From Rhizophagus irregularis (taxonomy: Eukaryota): 64,000 nucleotides of DNA. The translations under genes and the position numbers were made by a program. This document shows, piece after piece, positions 52,433 through 64,000 of the stretch. The notes under the pieces are model-generated. The model was given only the letters and a program-made list of their open reading frames with translations. It did not search any database and had not been told where the DNA came from. The stretch covers positions 930,001 through 994,000 of the forward strand of contig NC_089429.1 in the NCBI RefSeq assembly GCF_026210795.1, given 5' to 3'. Every line of letters begins with the position of its first letter. Positions within the stretch are counted from its first letter, which is position 1.

Positions 52433-53339
52433 ATTTATGGTATACATAGTAGAATTTACAGTGCTAAAATTACACGTGTAAATCTACGCTGATCAAAGGT
52501 GGAAAACTGGAAATCTGAAACCAAGTTATTGATAATTACTAAAAGTTTATAATTTATTTGCATTCATTATCATTTGCGCTGAATTATTTAGTTTATTCTT
52601 TTTAATCTTTTTAATTAAAAACTAATCATTTATTAATTAGCTTAAATAAAAAAAAATGGTAATAGAAGAGTATCAAAATTTATCAAATTTTTTGCAAAAA
52701 GAATTAAGTATTGAAAATTTTTTGAATTCCGAAAAATCGAATTAGCTTCATAGAGTTCTGGAATTCTAAAAAGTGTGTTTATTGTCAATAAAAACTATTT
52801 GCAATTTTTCCATTCTTAAGATCTTCAAAAATATTTTTTTTTTTATTGCCTAATAAAAGTAATAAAAATGATCAATTATAATTAGACTTATGAAAGTGGT
52901 GGCGTATTGGTGTATTATAATGATTTGTTGATAAAAAAAAACTTTAACCGAATTATTTTTACTATAATTTGAATAAGCTATTCTTATGGAAGGAATCAAT
53001 AGGAACACGTTAAGTTATAAAAATGAAAGTTGCAGAAATTTTTAGTCAATTAGTTTTTTATTACATAACAAGCAGGATAATATACGGGGATGAAAATAGG
53101 ATTAATCTATATTTTATCTTAATCCTCGGATTAATCCAAATTTTATCTCAGAAAATCCAGGGATTAATTTTCAGACTTTTAACGTGGACGGTGCTTCATA
53201 TTCAAAATTATATAGATTTTTTATTAATAATTTATTATGAAAATAATTAAAATAATCTATTAACCATAATTATTTTTATATATTATTTATTACATTTTAA
53301 TACTAAGAATAAATATAAATATTGTATTAGTATTAATAA

Positions 53340-53656
53340 AACTATAACATACAAACAAAGTTAAATAATAAAATGGTCCTCTATTTTTTGTTTTTTTTTT
53401 GTGCTGCCCTTAGCCTTTGCGTGAAGGTAGTATGGATTAGCTGATATATCTCGAGAATGAAATGTCAAATCTGGATCTCCATATTCGCAATTCATCCATC
53501 CGCCGGTATCCATTACGGTATTACCCGAATTATCTGTAGCCCAAACTTTGAAGATAAAAACACAAATACACCGAAAGTAGCATTGAATGCTTCAATTTGT
53601 TCAAGTGCTATAATACAAATTATGGCAACAATGATTAGAGGAATGGAAAGTTTCAC
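53340..53656 (-). pseudogene. Pseudogene of a small secreted protein
   Basis: GTG at the expected start, then signal-peptide-like KLSIPLIIVAIICIIALEQIEA. A frameshift leads to FKVWATDNSGNTVMDTGGWMNCEYGDPDLTFHSRDISANPYYLHAKAKGST, and a second shift in a poly-A run leads to KNRGPF. Confidence 0.65.
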
Positions 53657-54549
53657 GTTGAGAAAAGTGATTAGTTAATTTGCCTGTGCTATTATCAGAT
53701 TATATATACATTTTTGATATGTAAATATATTATACATTAGATTATCAAAAAGTCTCCCTTTTCATATGATATTTACCATCAATAATAAAGATAAAAGTCT
53801 AATATTTACTTCTAAAATCAATCCCCACATCTCTATAAAAATGAACGTGTTAATTTCATTTTATATTTGTGTTCATCTGTAAAAAAGCCTAAAAAAAACA
53901 CCATTTTGTCTGATTTATGTCGTATTACAAAAAAAAACTGAAAAAGGAAAGTTTGAAAAAAAGAAAAAAAATCTGAAAAAAAAGGTTGAAAAAGGAAAGA
54001 ATTTGAAAGTGAAAATTCTAAACAACTAGATGATCGATCTAAAAAAAAAAAGACCGGAAAAAAAAATTAATAATAAAAAAAGGGGGGGGAAAATTAAAAC
54101 AAGAGGACATTTCCATGGAGAGCTTCTTTCCAGAACATCAGGAATTTTTTTTCACGTAAAATCCACATGGTTAAATATTGTGGAATTATAGAATAGTTCC
54201 AATATTTTCAAATAACCTGTGACGAAACACATGGTATTTTTGACGTAGATCCATGTAGGATATATTGGAATGTACATATTTTCTGAACTAATCCATATGG
54301 AATTACGTGGACCGATCTACCTAAAGATTTCATGATGAAGATCTTGCAAAAAATGACTTATTTACAAATAACTAATTTTTTTTAATGACATGATTTCTCT
54401 TTTTTTTATAAAAATATCTGTTCTAGAGTATATTTTTTATTTGTGTGTTAAATTTTCTTCATTTTAAAGGAATGTGAAGATTACATTTTACGACCTATTT
54501 ATTCTTTAAATAACTTTCGTAAATATTAATTCTCAAGTTTTACATACAT

Positions 54550-54712
54550 ATGTTGTGTCCCAAATCTCAATATGCCCCAAATTGACGATAATCATCGATG
54601 ATTACTATATGTGAAAAGTAATGCCTTGAAAATTCTTAAGGCATTATAAAGATGGGCCGATAATTTAGGCCGATCGTTGATTTGGGGCAATCGTCAACTT
54701 GGGGCACAACAT
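54550..54712. mobile_element. Small MITE-like inverted repeat
   Basis: ATGTTGTGTCCCAA ... TTGGGGCACAACAT, with internal gccccaaa/tttggggc. Confidence 0.6.
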
Positions 54713-54907
54713 TAATTACGTCAACTTGCTTTATTGACATAAATCAAATATAAAAAAAAGATATAGTAATTCGAAATTACACTGCCTAGCAATCATAATA
54801 AAAAGGCTTATTTTATTTATTTCATTTCATTTTCATTATTTTGAAATATGTCGTAATTAATAAATTTTGAAAGAGAAGATTACTAGATTATGAATTATTA
54901 TCAGCAT

Positions 54908-55287
54908 TAGAGTTCCAATCCGTCATCCGACGGATGATCAATCTCTTCTCATTTATTTTTGGAAAGAGACATTTATGTTTCATAATTTATAATTTAGGAA
55001 CTGCATTCGATGTAAGGTGATCAGACTATGCATTATTTAATTAATTGAACATAAAATAAATGGGGTGAAATCTTAGTCGGATTGAAATTTTCATTTTTCG
55101 GATGATATTTTAATCCGTTCCTAATTTCTCCTCACTTTCATTTTTGAAAAAAAAGTTTATTTATTAAATTATATACTGTATTATGCTCTTAGGATATCCT
55201 TAAAAAAAAAATGCTCTTTTATATTAATTAAATGAGCGTACAACTGTCAAAATGTGATTATCCGTCGGATGACGGATTGGAACTCTA
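54908..55287. mobile_element. hAT-like MITE with 8-bp TSD
   Basis: Perfect TIR TAGAGTTCCAATCCGTCATCCGACGGAT. TSD ATCAGCAT at 54900-54907 and 55288-55295. Confidence 0.92.
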
Positions 55288-55879
55288 ATCAGCATTTAAA
55301 AGAAAGCTTCTAATATAAAAATTATAAAATTTATAATGTAATAAAAATTATAAATTCTTAATTGCTTCTTCACTTTCAACATAATCCAATCCCAAAATTC
55401 AAAATTTCTTGTCCAAGATATAAGATTTGCATTAACCAATACAAAAAGGAATTGATTCAAATAAGGATCAGGTAAAAGGATTTTGATTGATTGATAGTGG
55501 TCCAGGATTAATTAGATTGAAATCAAAAAATTTGCAATCTATGGACTTATATTATAAAAATCAAGAAAAAGAAAAGTATAATCAATTACAGAGTTATAAT
55601 AAAATAATTTGTTACCGAAAATTTTTCATGTAATTATTAATAAGGCACTAAACATCATATGTCACATGATGTATAATATATAAAGTAAATTTATTAATCG
55701 GCTGATGGCTGATTTTTTAACAGCTAATTTTTGATCGGTTAAATTAAAATTTTATTGCAAATATATTTATTCAAAATAATCTTATTTAATGAAATTTTAT
55801 TTGCAAATATTAAAATTTAAGTCCCACATTTTCGATTTTAAACAAAAAAATCACTATTTATTTTAATGAAATGATACAT

Positions 55880-56660
55880 ATAAGATGCTAATAAAAAAAG
55901 AAATAACAATGGAGTAATGGAAAGTAATAGAAGAAGAAAGGGAGTAAAAAAGAGTAATAAGAAGTGATAGGAAACAAAAAGGAGAAATAGGACATGATGG
56001 ATGATGAAAAAGAGTGATGAGAGACGAAAAGAAGTGATGGGAGATGAAAAGGAGTGATGGAAGATGAAGAGAAGTGATGGGAAACGAAAAGAAATGATGG
56101 GAAGTAAACAGGAGAGAAAAAGAAATAATGGAAAATGAAAAGATGTAATAGAAAATAATGGGAGACGAATAACGAGAAGTAATATGAGGTGAAAAATGAT
56201 GGGAGACAAAAAATAAAAAATGATCATGATAAGAGGTTGGGTAATGATAGGAAACCAAGTAAAAAATAAAACCATAAAGTAAAAAAAAAATGAAGTTAGT
56301 AAGAAACGAAATATAAGATAAAACGAAATAAAAAAAATAAATAAAAAATAAAAAGCATACCTTTATTAATTGTAGAACCGAAAGAACTAAAATATCTAAA
56401 AAAAATGAAATAAATTAGTGAAAAATGAAATAGTATGAAACAGAAACAAAATAAAAAAAATTAAAAAATGAGTAAGAAACGAGAAAAACAACTGAACCTT
56501 AATTACCTTAATTGCAGAACTGGAAGGACTAAAGGACCTAAAAATGATGATATAGAGTTAGTAAGAAACAAAGTGTAAGCAGAAATAAAAATAAAAGGAA
56601 AGAAAAATACCTTGAGACTGAAAGAACTGAGGAAACGAACCCTATACTGAAAACGAGATT
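55880..56660. repeat. Purine-rich low-complexity degenerate repeat (GTGATGGGAGA/GAAAA units)
   Basis: Repeated aagtgatgggagatgaaaa-like units. The overlapping minus-strand ORFs are low-complexity artefacts. Confidence 0.7.
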
Positions 56661-57340
56661 CGATAAACAAATAAACATGACGCGATCATGTGGCCAATTT
56701 GGCCAATCAAAAATAATAAATCCGTCACGTGATCGAAGACTTATATAAGAGAAGTAACGTAATAGATCATGTGACTTTACGTTACTTACTTAGCCAATTT
56801 CCGTTACTTACTTTCTATATATTCACTCTCAATAATTGCTTTTTTATTGATTACTGAATTTTGAAATCGACTATTAAGACTGATCAAACTAATCAAATAA
56901 TCATATTTCTAAATATTAAGTTCTTGCTTTTTTTGTTACACTGCCAAAAAAATTTTGTGTTTATGATTATGATGATTAATTTAATAGGATTTCTTTTGTG
57001 TCACAATTTTAGGCACAACCATTTACCGTAACATATAATTAAATTCTACCCACGTGACCGGTGACATTTAAGGGGATGTTAAAAAAATAATTTTGGGAGG
57101 TCCCTCAGATAAAATAAATATCAACAGTGAAAAAGCGCGGCGGCGGTGATGAATGTTTTTAGGTCACGTGGGTTATAAATTAATGGGAAAGATGGCACAA
57201 CCATGGAAGTTATGTGGACAAATTTACACTGCATGGAATTTGGTGTAATTGTTATTACGCCAACTTCTTTTTTCCAACGCGTCGATCACAATATTTTTTT
57301 TTAAAAAAAAAAAGTTTCAAACAAAAAAAAAAATTCAAAC

Positions 57341-60300
57341 ATGTCATCCCGAAATGATATTAAGTGTAAAAATTGTAATGATTTTTATACAGATATAAAA
57401 CATAAATGGTGTAAACCATGTCAAATAAATAAAGTTATAAAAAGTGTTACAAATTGGACTAGTGGAAATGAAAAAATTGAACATTTTATTCAAGAAGCAC
57501 AATTAATGTTTGAAGGATATTATGATGCAATAGTTGAATGGATACCATACAATCAATTTAACGATATCAAAGAAATAAATAAAAGTAAATTTTCTGCAGT
57601 ATATTCAGCAATATGGAAAGATGGTCCATTGCAACATGATGAACATTATGAAGAGTTGAGGAGAGTATCTAACAAAGAAGTTATCTTAAAATATTTCTAT
57701 AACTTACAAAATATTGTCAATGATTTATTATATGAGGTATGAAATTTTCAATTTCTTTATAATATTATTTAAGTACTGTTTATTATAACAATCACTTTTT
57801 ATATTCAACAGGCTAAATTATATTCTATTGAAAGGGTAAATATGATCTTTTTAATATCTTATAATCTCATTCAATCACTCTTTATTTAATACCTTTCTAT
57901 ATTTAACAGATTATACCAAATTATACAAAAAGAGACGGAGATTATCTTAAAATATATGGAATATCTCAAAATCCAGATACAAAATATTATATCTTAGTTT
58001 TTAATGATAGTTATTGTCTAAAATGTGGTGAAATTTATACAGAAGATAGGAAATTAAATAATAAATGGTGCAAGCCATGTCAAATGAATAATTTAAAAAA
58101 TCGGTTTGAAGACTGGACCAGTGGAAACGAAAAAATTAATAAATTTATTCAAAAACTTCAATTAAAAATCAATCATCATAGTGATATTATAATTGAATGG
58201 ATACCATATTACCAGTTTAGTGATATTAAAAAAATAAGCAAAAGTGATCTTACTGAAGTATATTCAGCAAAGTGGAAAGATGGACCATTTCAATATGATA
58301 AGAATTTGGGAGAGTACTTAAGATTACCTTACAAAGAAATTGCTTTGAAGTATTTTTATAATTTACAAAATATCAATGATTTTTTATTTGAGGTATGGAA
58401 TTTCTGGTTCTTTTATAATTAAATACTTTTATTATAACGATAATAACTTTTCTATATTATATTTTAACAGATTAAATCTTATTCTATAGAAATAGATTCT
58501 TATTTTATAGAAATGGATAAGAACTATAACAGTTTTAATATATATGGGATATCTCAAAATCCAAATACAAAAGATTATATCGTAGTCCTTAATAATGGTT
58601 ATTGTGAAAACTGTAGTAAAGTATATACAAATATAAAGGAAAAATGGTGCAAAACATGCCAATTAAATAATTCCGAAAAAAAATTTTCATTTGGAATCAG
58701 TGAAAATGAAAACATTGATAATTTCATCCAAGAAATGCAACTTAAAATTAGTTGTTCAAGTGATATAATAGTTGAATGGATACCATACAACCAATTTGGC
58801 ATTATTAAAGAAATAAGTAAAGGTGATTCTACTGCGGTATATTCAGCAATCTGGAAAGATGGTCCATTACAACATGATAAACATAACGGAGAGTTGAGAA
58901 GAATGCCTAATAAAGAAGTTGCTTTAAAATATTTGTGTAATTCTCAAGATCTTAATAATGAATTTATAAATGTGGTATGAATTTTAATTAATTGTTGTTA
59001 TCTAATTTAAATATTTTATTTGTTATAATAATTTTTACATCTTAACAGGTTAAATCATATTCTATTGAAGTCGATCCATATAATTATATTCTTAATATAC
59101 ATGGAATATCTCAAAATCTAAATACAAAAGATTATGTTATAGTTCTTGATAATGGTTATTGTGAAAACTGTAGTGAAGTATATACAAATATAAAGGAAAA
59201 ATGGTGTAAAACATGTCAATTAAATAGTTTTGAAAAAAAATTTTCATATGGAATTAGTGAAAATGAAATCATTGATAATTTCATCCAAGAAATGCAACTT
59301 AAAATTAGCCATCCAAGTGATATAATAGTTGAATGGATACCATACAACCAGCAATTCGATTGTATTGAAGAAATAGGCAAAATTGGTTCTACTATATTAT
59401 ATTCAGCAATATGGAAAGATGGTCCATTACAAATTGATGAACATTATGGTATATTAAAAAGGATATCCGATAAAAAAGTTACTCTAAAATATTTACATAA
59501 TTCATATAATTCATCAAATATTGCTAATAAATTATTAAATGAGGTAAATGTTTTTCTTAAAATTAAGTAATTATTTGTTTTAATAATATAATAATGACAT
59601 TTCTATATAAATAGTTTGGTCAACAACATTTTATTCGTAGAACAGGTTTAATTCTTAATTTATTTGGTTTAACCCAAAATTCAAATACAAATAATTATAT
59701 TTTAGTTTTTAATAATAATTATTGTGAAAATTGTAATAATAAATCATATACACATATAAATTATAAGTGGTGTAAACAGTGTCAATTAAATAATTTAAAG
59801 AAATCTTTTGTAAATTGGGCCAGTGGAAATGAAAAAATTGATAATTTTATTCAAGAAATGCAATTAAAAATTAATGATGATTATGATATTATAGTTGAAT
59901 GGATACCATATAACCAGTTTAGTGATATTAAAGAAATAAGTAAGAATGATTCTTTTGCAGTATATTCAGCAGTATGGAAAAGTGGCCCATTAAGATATGA
60001 TACATTTTATAATAAGTTACAAAGATATTCACTTGTTGATAATAAAGTTTTTTTAAAATATTTTTATAGTTTACAAAATATTACTAATGAGGTATGAACT
60101 TAATCTTTTTAATTTTTTTTTAAATTTAATTAATCATTTTTATATTTCATTTTATATTTTCATAGATTGAATCATATTCCAATAATACATTCAATGGTAA
60201 TCAGAAAATATATGGAGTATCTCAGAATTCAAATACAAAAGATTATCTTATAATATTTCAAGATTATTGTTGTAAAAACTGTGGTGAAATAAATGTGGTG

Positions 60301-62179
60301 GGTAATTTTGGATGGTGTAAACCATGTCAAATAAATAATTTAAAACAAAATTTTGAAAATTGGACTAGTAAAAATAAGGAAATTGATGAATTAATTCAGA
60401 AAATGCAATTAAAAATTGGTAAAGATGATGATATAATTATTGAATGGATATCATACAATCAATTTATTAATATTAAAGAGATAAGTAAAGATGATTTTGC
60501 TATGATATATTCAGCAATATGGATGGAAGGTCCACTACAATATGATTGGTATAATGGTAGAGAGCAAAAAAGAATGTTTACTAATAAAAAAGTTGCTTTA
60601 AAATATTTATGTAATTCACAAGATATTAATGAAATTTTAAATGAGGTATAAATTTGTCTTTTTTCTAAATTTAATCAAATACTTGATTAAAATTAATTCG
60701 TTTAATTTATTAGATTAGAGAGCATTCTATCAGTAATGATGATGAAATTCTTAATATATATGGAATATCTCAATATCCAAGTACAAAAAATTACATTATA
60801 GTACTTCAAGATGGTTATTGTAAAGACTGTGGTAGAATATATACAAATGTAAATAAAAAATGGTGTAAACCATGTCAATTAAATAATTTAGAAAAAAATC
60901 TTTCATATGGAATTAGTGAAAATGAAAGCATTGATAATTTCATCCAAGAAATGCAACTTAAAATTAGTTGTCCAAGTGATATAATAGTTGAATGGATACC
61001 ATATAATCAATTTAGCAATATTGAAGAAATAGGTAAAGGCGGTTTTGCTATAGTATATTCAGCAATATGGAAAGATGGTCCGTTAAAAATTGATTATAGA
61101 TATGACGGAAAGTTGAAAAGAATACCTAATAAGAAAGTTGCTTTGAAGTGTTTAAATAATTCACAAAATATCAATAATAAATTTTTAAATGAGGTATGAA
61201 TTCATTTTTTTTTTTGAATTTAATAAACATTTTTTCAATGCATAGTATTTATTATATTTTGAATTTGACAAACCTTGTCTTTAATGGATATTATTTATTT
61301 TTATAGGTTAAAGAGTATTCTATTAGCAATAATGATAATATTCTTAATTTATATGGAATATCTCAAAATCCTGATACAAAAGATTATATTATGATTTTAA
61401 ATTATGCAAATAATGGGAATATTAATAATTATAGTTATATTAATATTGAATGGTATTGGTTTGAAAGATTATGGATGTTAAGAGATATTATTGAAGGTCT
61501 TAAAAAAATTCATGGAAATAATATGATCCATCGTGATTTTCACACGGGGAATATATTATTATCACTTGATTTTAATAGTTATGGCAAATCTGGAAATCCG
61601 TCTAGTGATTTATATATTTCAGATATGGGATTATGTGGAGAAGTTGGTAATGTAGATGAAACAAAGATTTATGGAGTTATGCCTTATGTAGCCCCAGAAG
61701 TATTAAAAAGCAAACCTTACACCCAAGCAGCAGATATATACAGTTTTGGTATGATTATGTATTTTGTAGCAACTAAAAAACAACCCTTTGCAAATTGTGC
61801 TCATGATAATATATTAGCATTAAATATATGTAATGGAAATAGACCTAAAATCAATGAAAACGAGGTTCCAAAATGTTATGTTGATTTAATGGAAAGGTGT
61901 TGGGATTTAAATCCAAATAATAGGCCAAGTGCTATTGAAGTAAGTGAATTGATTGAATTATTTTGTAATTCCAGTTATATGGGTGCTAATAAGGATAAGG
62001 AAATTGAAAAGCAATTTAAAGAAGCAGAAGAATATAGAAAAGCAAATTATACATCTATAGGAAATAGTCAATTAACTAGTCACCATCCACAAGCTTATTA
62101 CACTTCTCGATTACTCAATCCATTTACCAGAGATCTTTCAAATAATGATACTGATTGTTTAGACTGTATGATTGATTGA
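57341..62179 (+). CDS. Large multi-exon TKL kinase with seven tandem CxxC..CxxC + kinase-N-lobe-like modules and one C-terminal catalytic lobe
   Basis: Repeats of C..C..WCKPCQ..WTSGNEKID..EWIPYNQF..YSAIWKDGP..V(A)LK, each ending at a phase-0 GT donor. The final exon has HRDFHTGN, DMG, YVAPE and CWDLNPNNRP. Confidence 0.88.
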
Positions 62180-62801
62180 ACTAAAGTTAGTATAATTATT
62201 ATTATTATTTTATTGTTTCAGTCAAATAGTTTTAAAAAAGTAATTAGTGTATTTTATTGAATGTTGATATATATGATAACAAATGATAATATCTAATATA
62301 TTTATTATTTATTTTATTATTACATCATTATTTGTAAGAATTCTTGGTCATCCGGTAAATCATTCACACATGAAATTCCATCAGCAAAGTTTTAGAAATG
62401 GTAGATTTGCCAATATTAAGTTGTCCACCTATTATTTTACATGAGGATTTTAAAATTCTATTAATTATATTATAGCATGAAATATAAAAGGTGTAACACA
62501 TTATCGAAACTTATATATTCTAATTACAGTCTCCTTTATTTTATATAAGACGCAACAAATTTAATCCTACTATTAAATATTAACCAATTTTATAATTAGG
62601 ATTTAAGAAATTATTAATATTTTTTTTTATTGATTGATGCCATTGTATGTTGTTCAACACTAATTATAGAGTATATGTGATTGTTTTTACATAAGTAAAA
62701 TTAGTTTGTAATTGAACAAATAAAATATAAGATTTGAAAATATCAACTTATGATGGTTATAATTTGCTTATTAATATTATATTTATATTTATTATTAACT
62801 A

Positions 62802-63307
62802 CACAGTGAAATTCGATAAGCCGGTTCCACTAAAAATATCCAGTTTATCGGGATATTCGGTATAGCGAAAAAATTTCGATATACTAAAAATCTATTATAC
62901 TGAATTTTCATGCTAATAAAACTAATATACGCTATAATTTAATTTTTTAATCTTAGTTTTAAGTCATAGAGTTCATGAAAATGAATATAAAAACTTTTAA
63001 TTGAAGATATAAGTAATACATAACTTCAGCCGGAATTAAGATTTTTGTAATTCTGGCCAAAATTAAGATTTACCACATCACGTAAATTAAATTTATTGGT
63101 TAATGATCACGTGATCCGGTTTATCGAATCATTTTTACTATAGCTGGTTAGAAAATTGATCCGTTATAGCAAATATCGAGCTTTTACTAGTAAACTCCGG
63201 TATATCAAAGCTATTTTAATATAGTACGTGATTTGGTTCCAGCAAAAAAGTCTGGTTTAGGCCCAAATCCGGTTTATCAAAGATCTGGTTTATCGAATTT
63301 CACTGTG
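62802..63307. mobile_element. Tc1/mariner-pogo-type MITE
   Basis: TA|CACAGTGAAATTCGATAA ... TTATCGAATTTCACTGTG|TA. Internal ccggtttatcg repeats. Confidence 0.8.
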
Positions 63308-63330
63308 TATAACATTTTTTTTAATCTATT

Positions 63331-63360
63331 ACTAGCAGTTGCCCGTTGCTTCGCATCGGG
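63331..63360 (-). mobile_element. Helitron-like 3' terminus
   Basis: The minus strand reads CCCGATGC-GAA-GCAACGGG hairpin, a 7-nt spacer, then CTAG|T. Confidence 0.65.
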
Positions 63361-64000
63361 AGTAGTAGTATTACTATATAATATTAAATTTTTAGTCACA
63401 ATTAGAAGCTCACTTTGATTATTAATTAGATTATGAGAGTAATAAAATATAAATTAATTTAAATAAAATAATATGCAGGTAAATATTGTTATGTATCTAT
63501 ATAATTAAAAACAAATTAACTAAAAAAAATTTGTTGATACAAAAAAAAAAATTTTTACACGAATTTATTAGTCAGAAACAATATCATTGACTAAAAAAAA
63601 TTCTCATCAAAACATCAAAAAATTTGTAGGACATAGTTCTAATTTGATTATAGTTTTGATCCGATCTAAACTAAAAAAGAATAATAATATTCTTTTGGGT
63701 TAAAAAAAAATTAAAAAAATTTTGATAAATTCCGATTAAAAAAAAATCCAATAAAAATATAATAAAAAAAGAATAAGAAAAAATTTTGGTTAAAGTTAAC
63801 CGAAGGGATAAAAAAATTAATGAAAAAGATTAAAAAGGTAGTTTCAGTCTTTACGGTAAAATACTGGTAAAATCCGAAATAAAAAAAAATTATTATTGTC
63901 TATCCAATAGAAATGGTTAGTTGTGGTAACTAAGAGAGTGGTAATAACCGCAATTAATATACTTTTCTTTGTTAGTATTAATTTATTAGAATAAAAAAAT

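Noticed and set aside
53457..53678. 73-aa plus-strand ORF
   Set aside because: Antisense shadow of the secreted-protein pseudogene.
42500..57300. Searched for a Ste3-like receptor, ABC exporter or HD/HMG mating-type gene near the CaaX peptides
   Set aside because: No such coding sequence is visible, so the region cannot be called a MAT locus.

Overview
Very AT-rich, intron-containing fungal DNA. The gene families point to an arbuscular mycorrhizal fungus (Glomeromycotina, Rhizophagus-like; inferred from family recognition only). The window holds three tyrosine-kinase-like kinases with HxDxHxGN/DLG-type motifs (one with seven tandem zinc-knuckle plus N-lobe modules) and three MACSKIFSGDLPEL F-box-like paralogs (one frameshifted). 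It also has a BTB-BACK-TLDc gene, a cysteine-rich secreted protein and a pseudogene of another secreted protein. Non-coding features include two palindromic ~60-bp satellite arrays, many MITE/foldback elements, a Helitron 3' end and a degenerate chimeric 28S/18S rDNA relic. The most striking feature is absent from the ORF track: two paralogous 33-codon ORFs (46860-46961, 50734-50835) that end in CaaX farnesylation boxes (CTIM, CSIM) and share a T-E-K-P motif. This is the architecture of a-factor-type lipopeptide mating pheromone precursors, in a lineage long considered asexual and for which I know of no described peptide pheromone.
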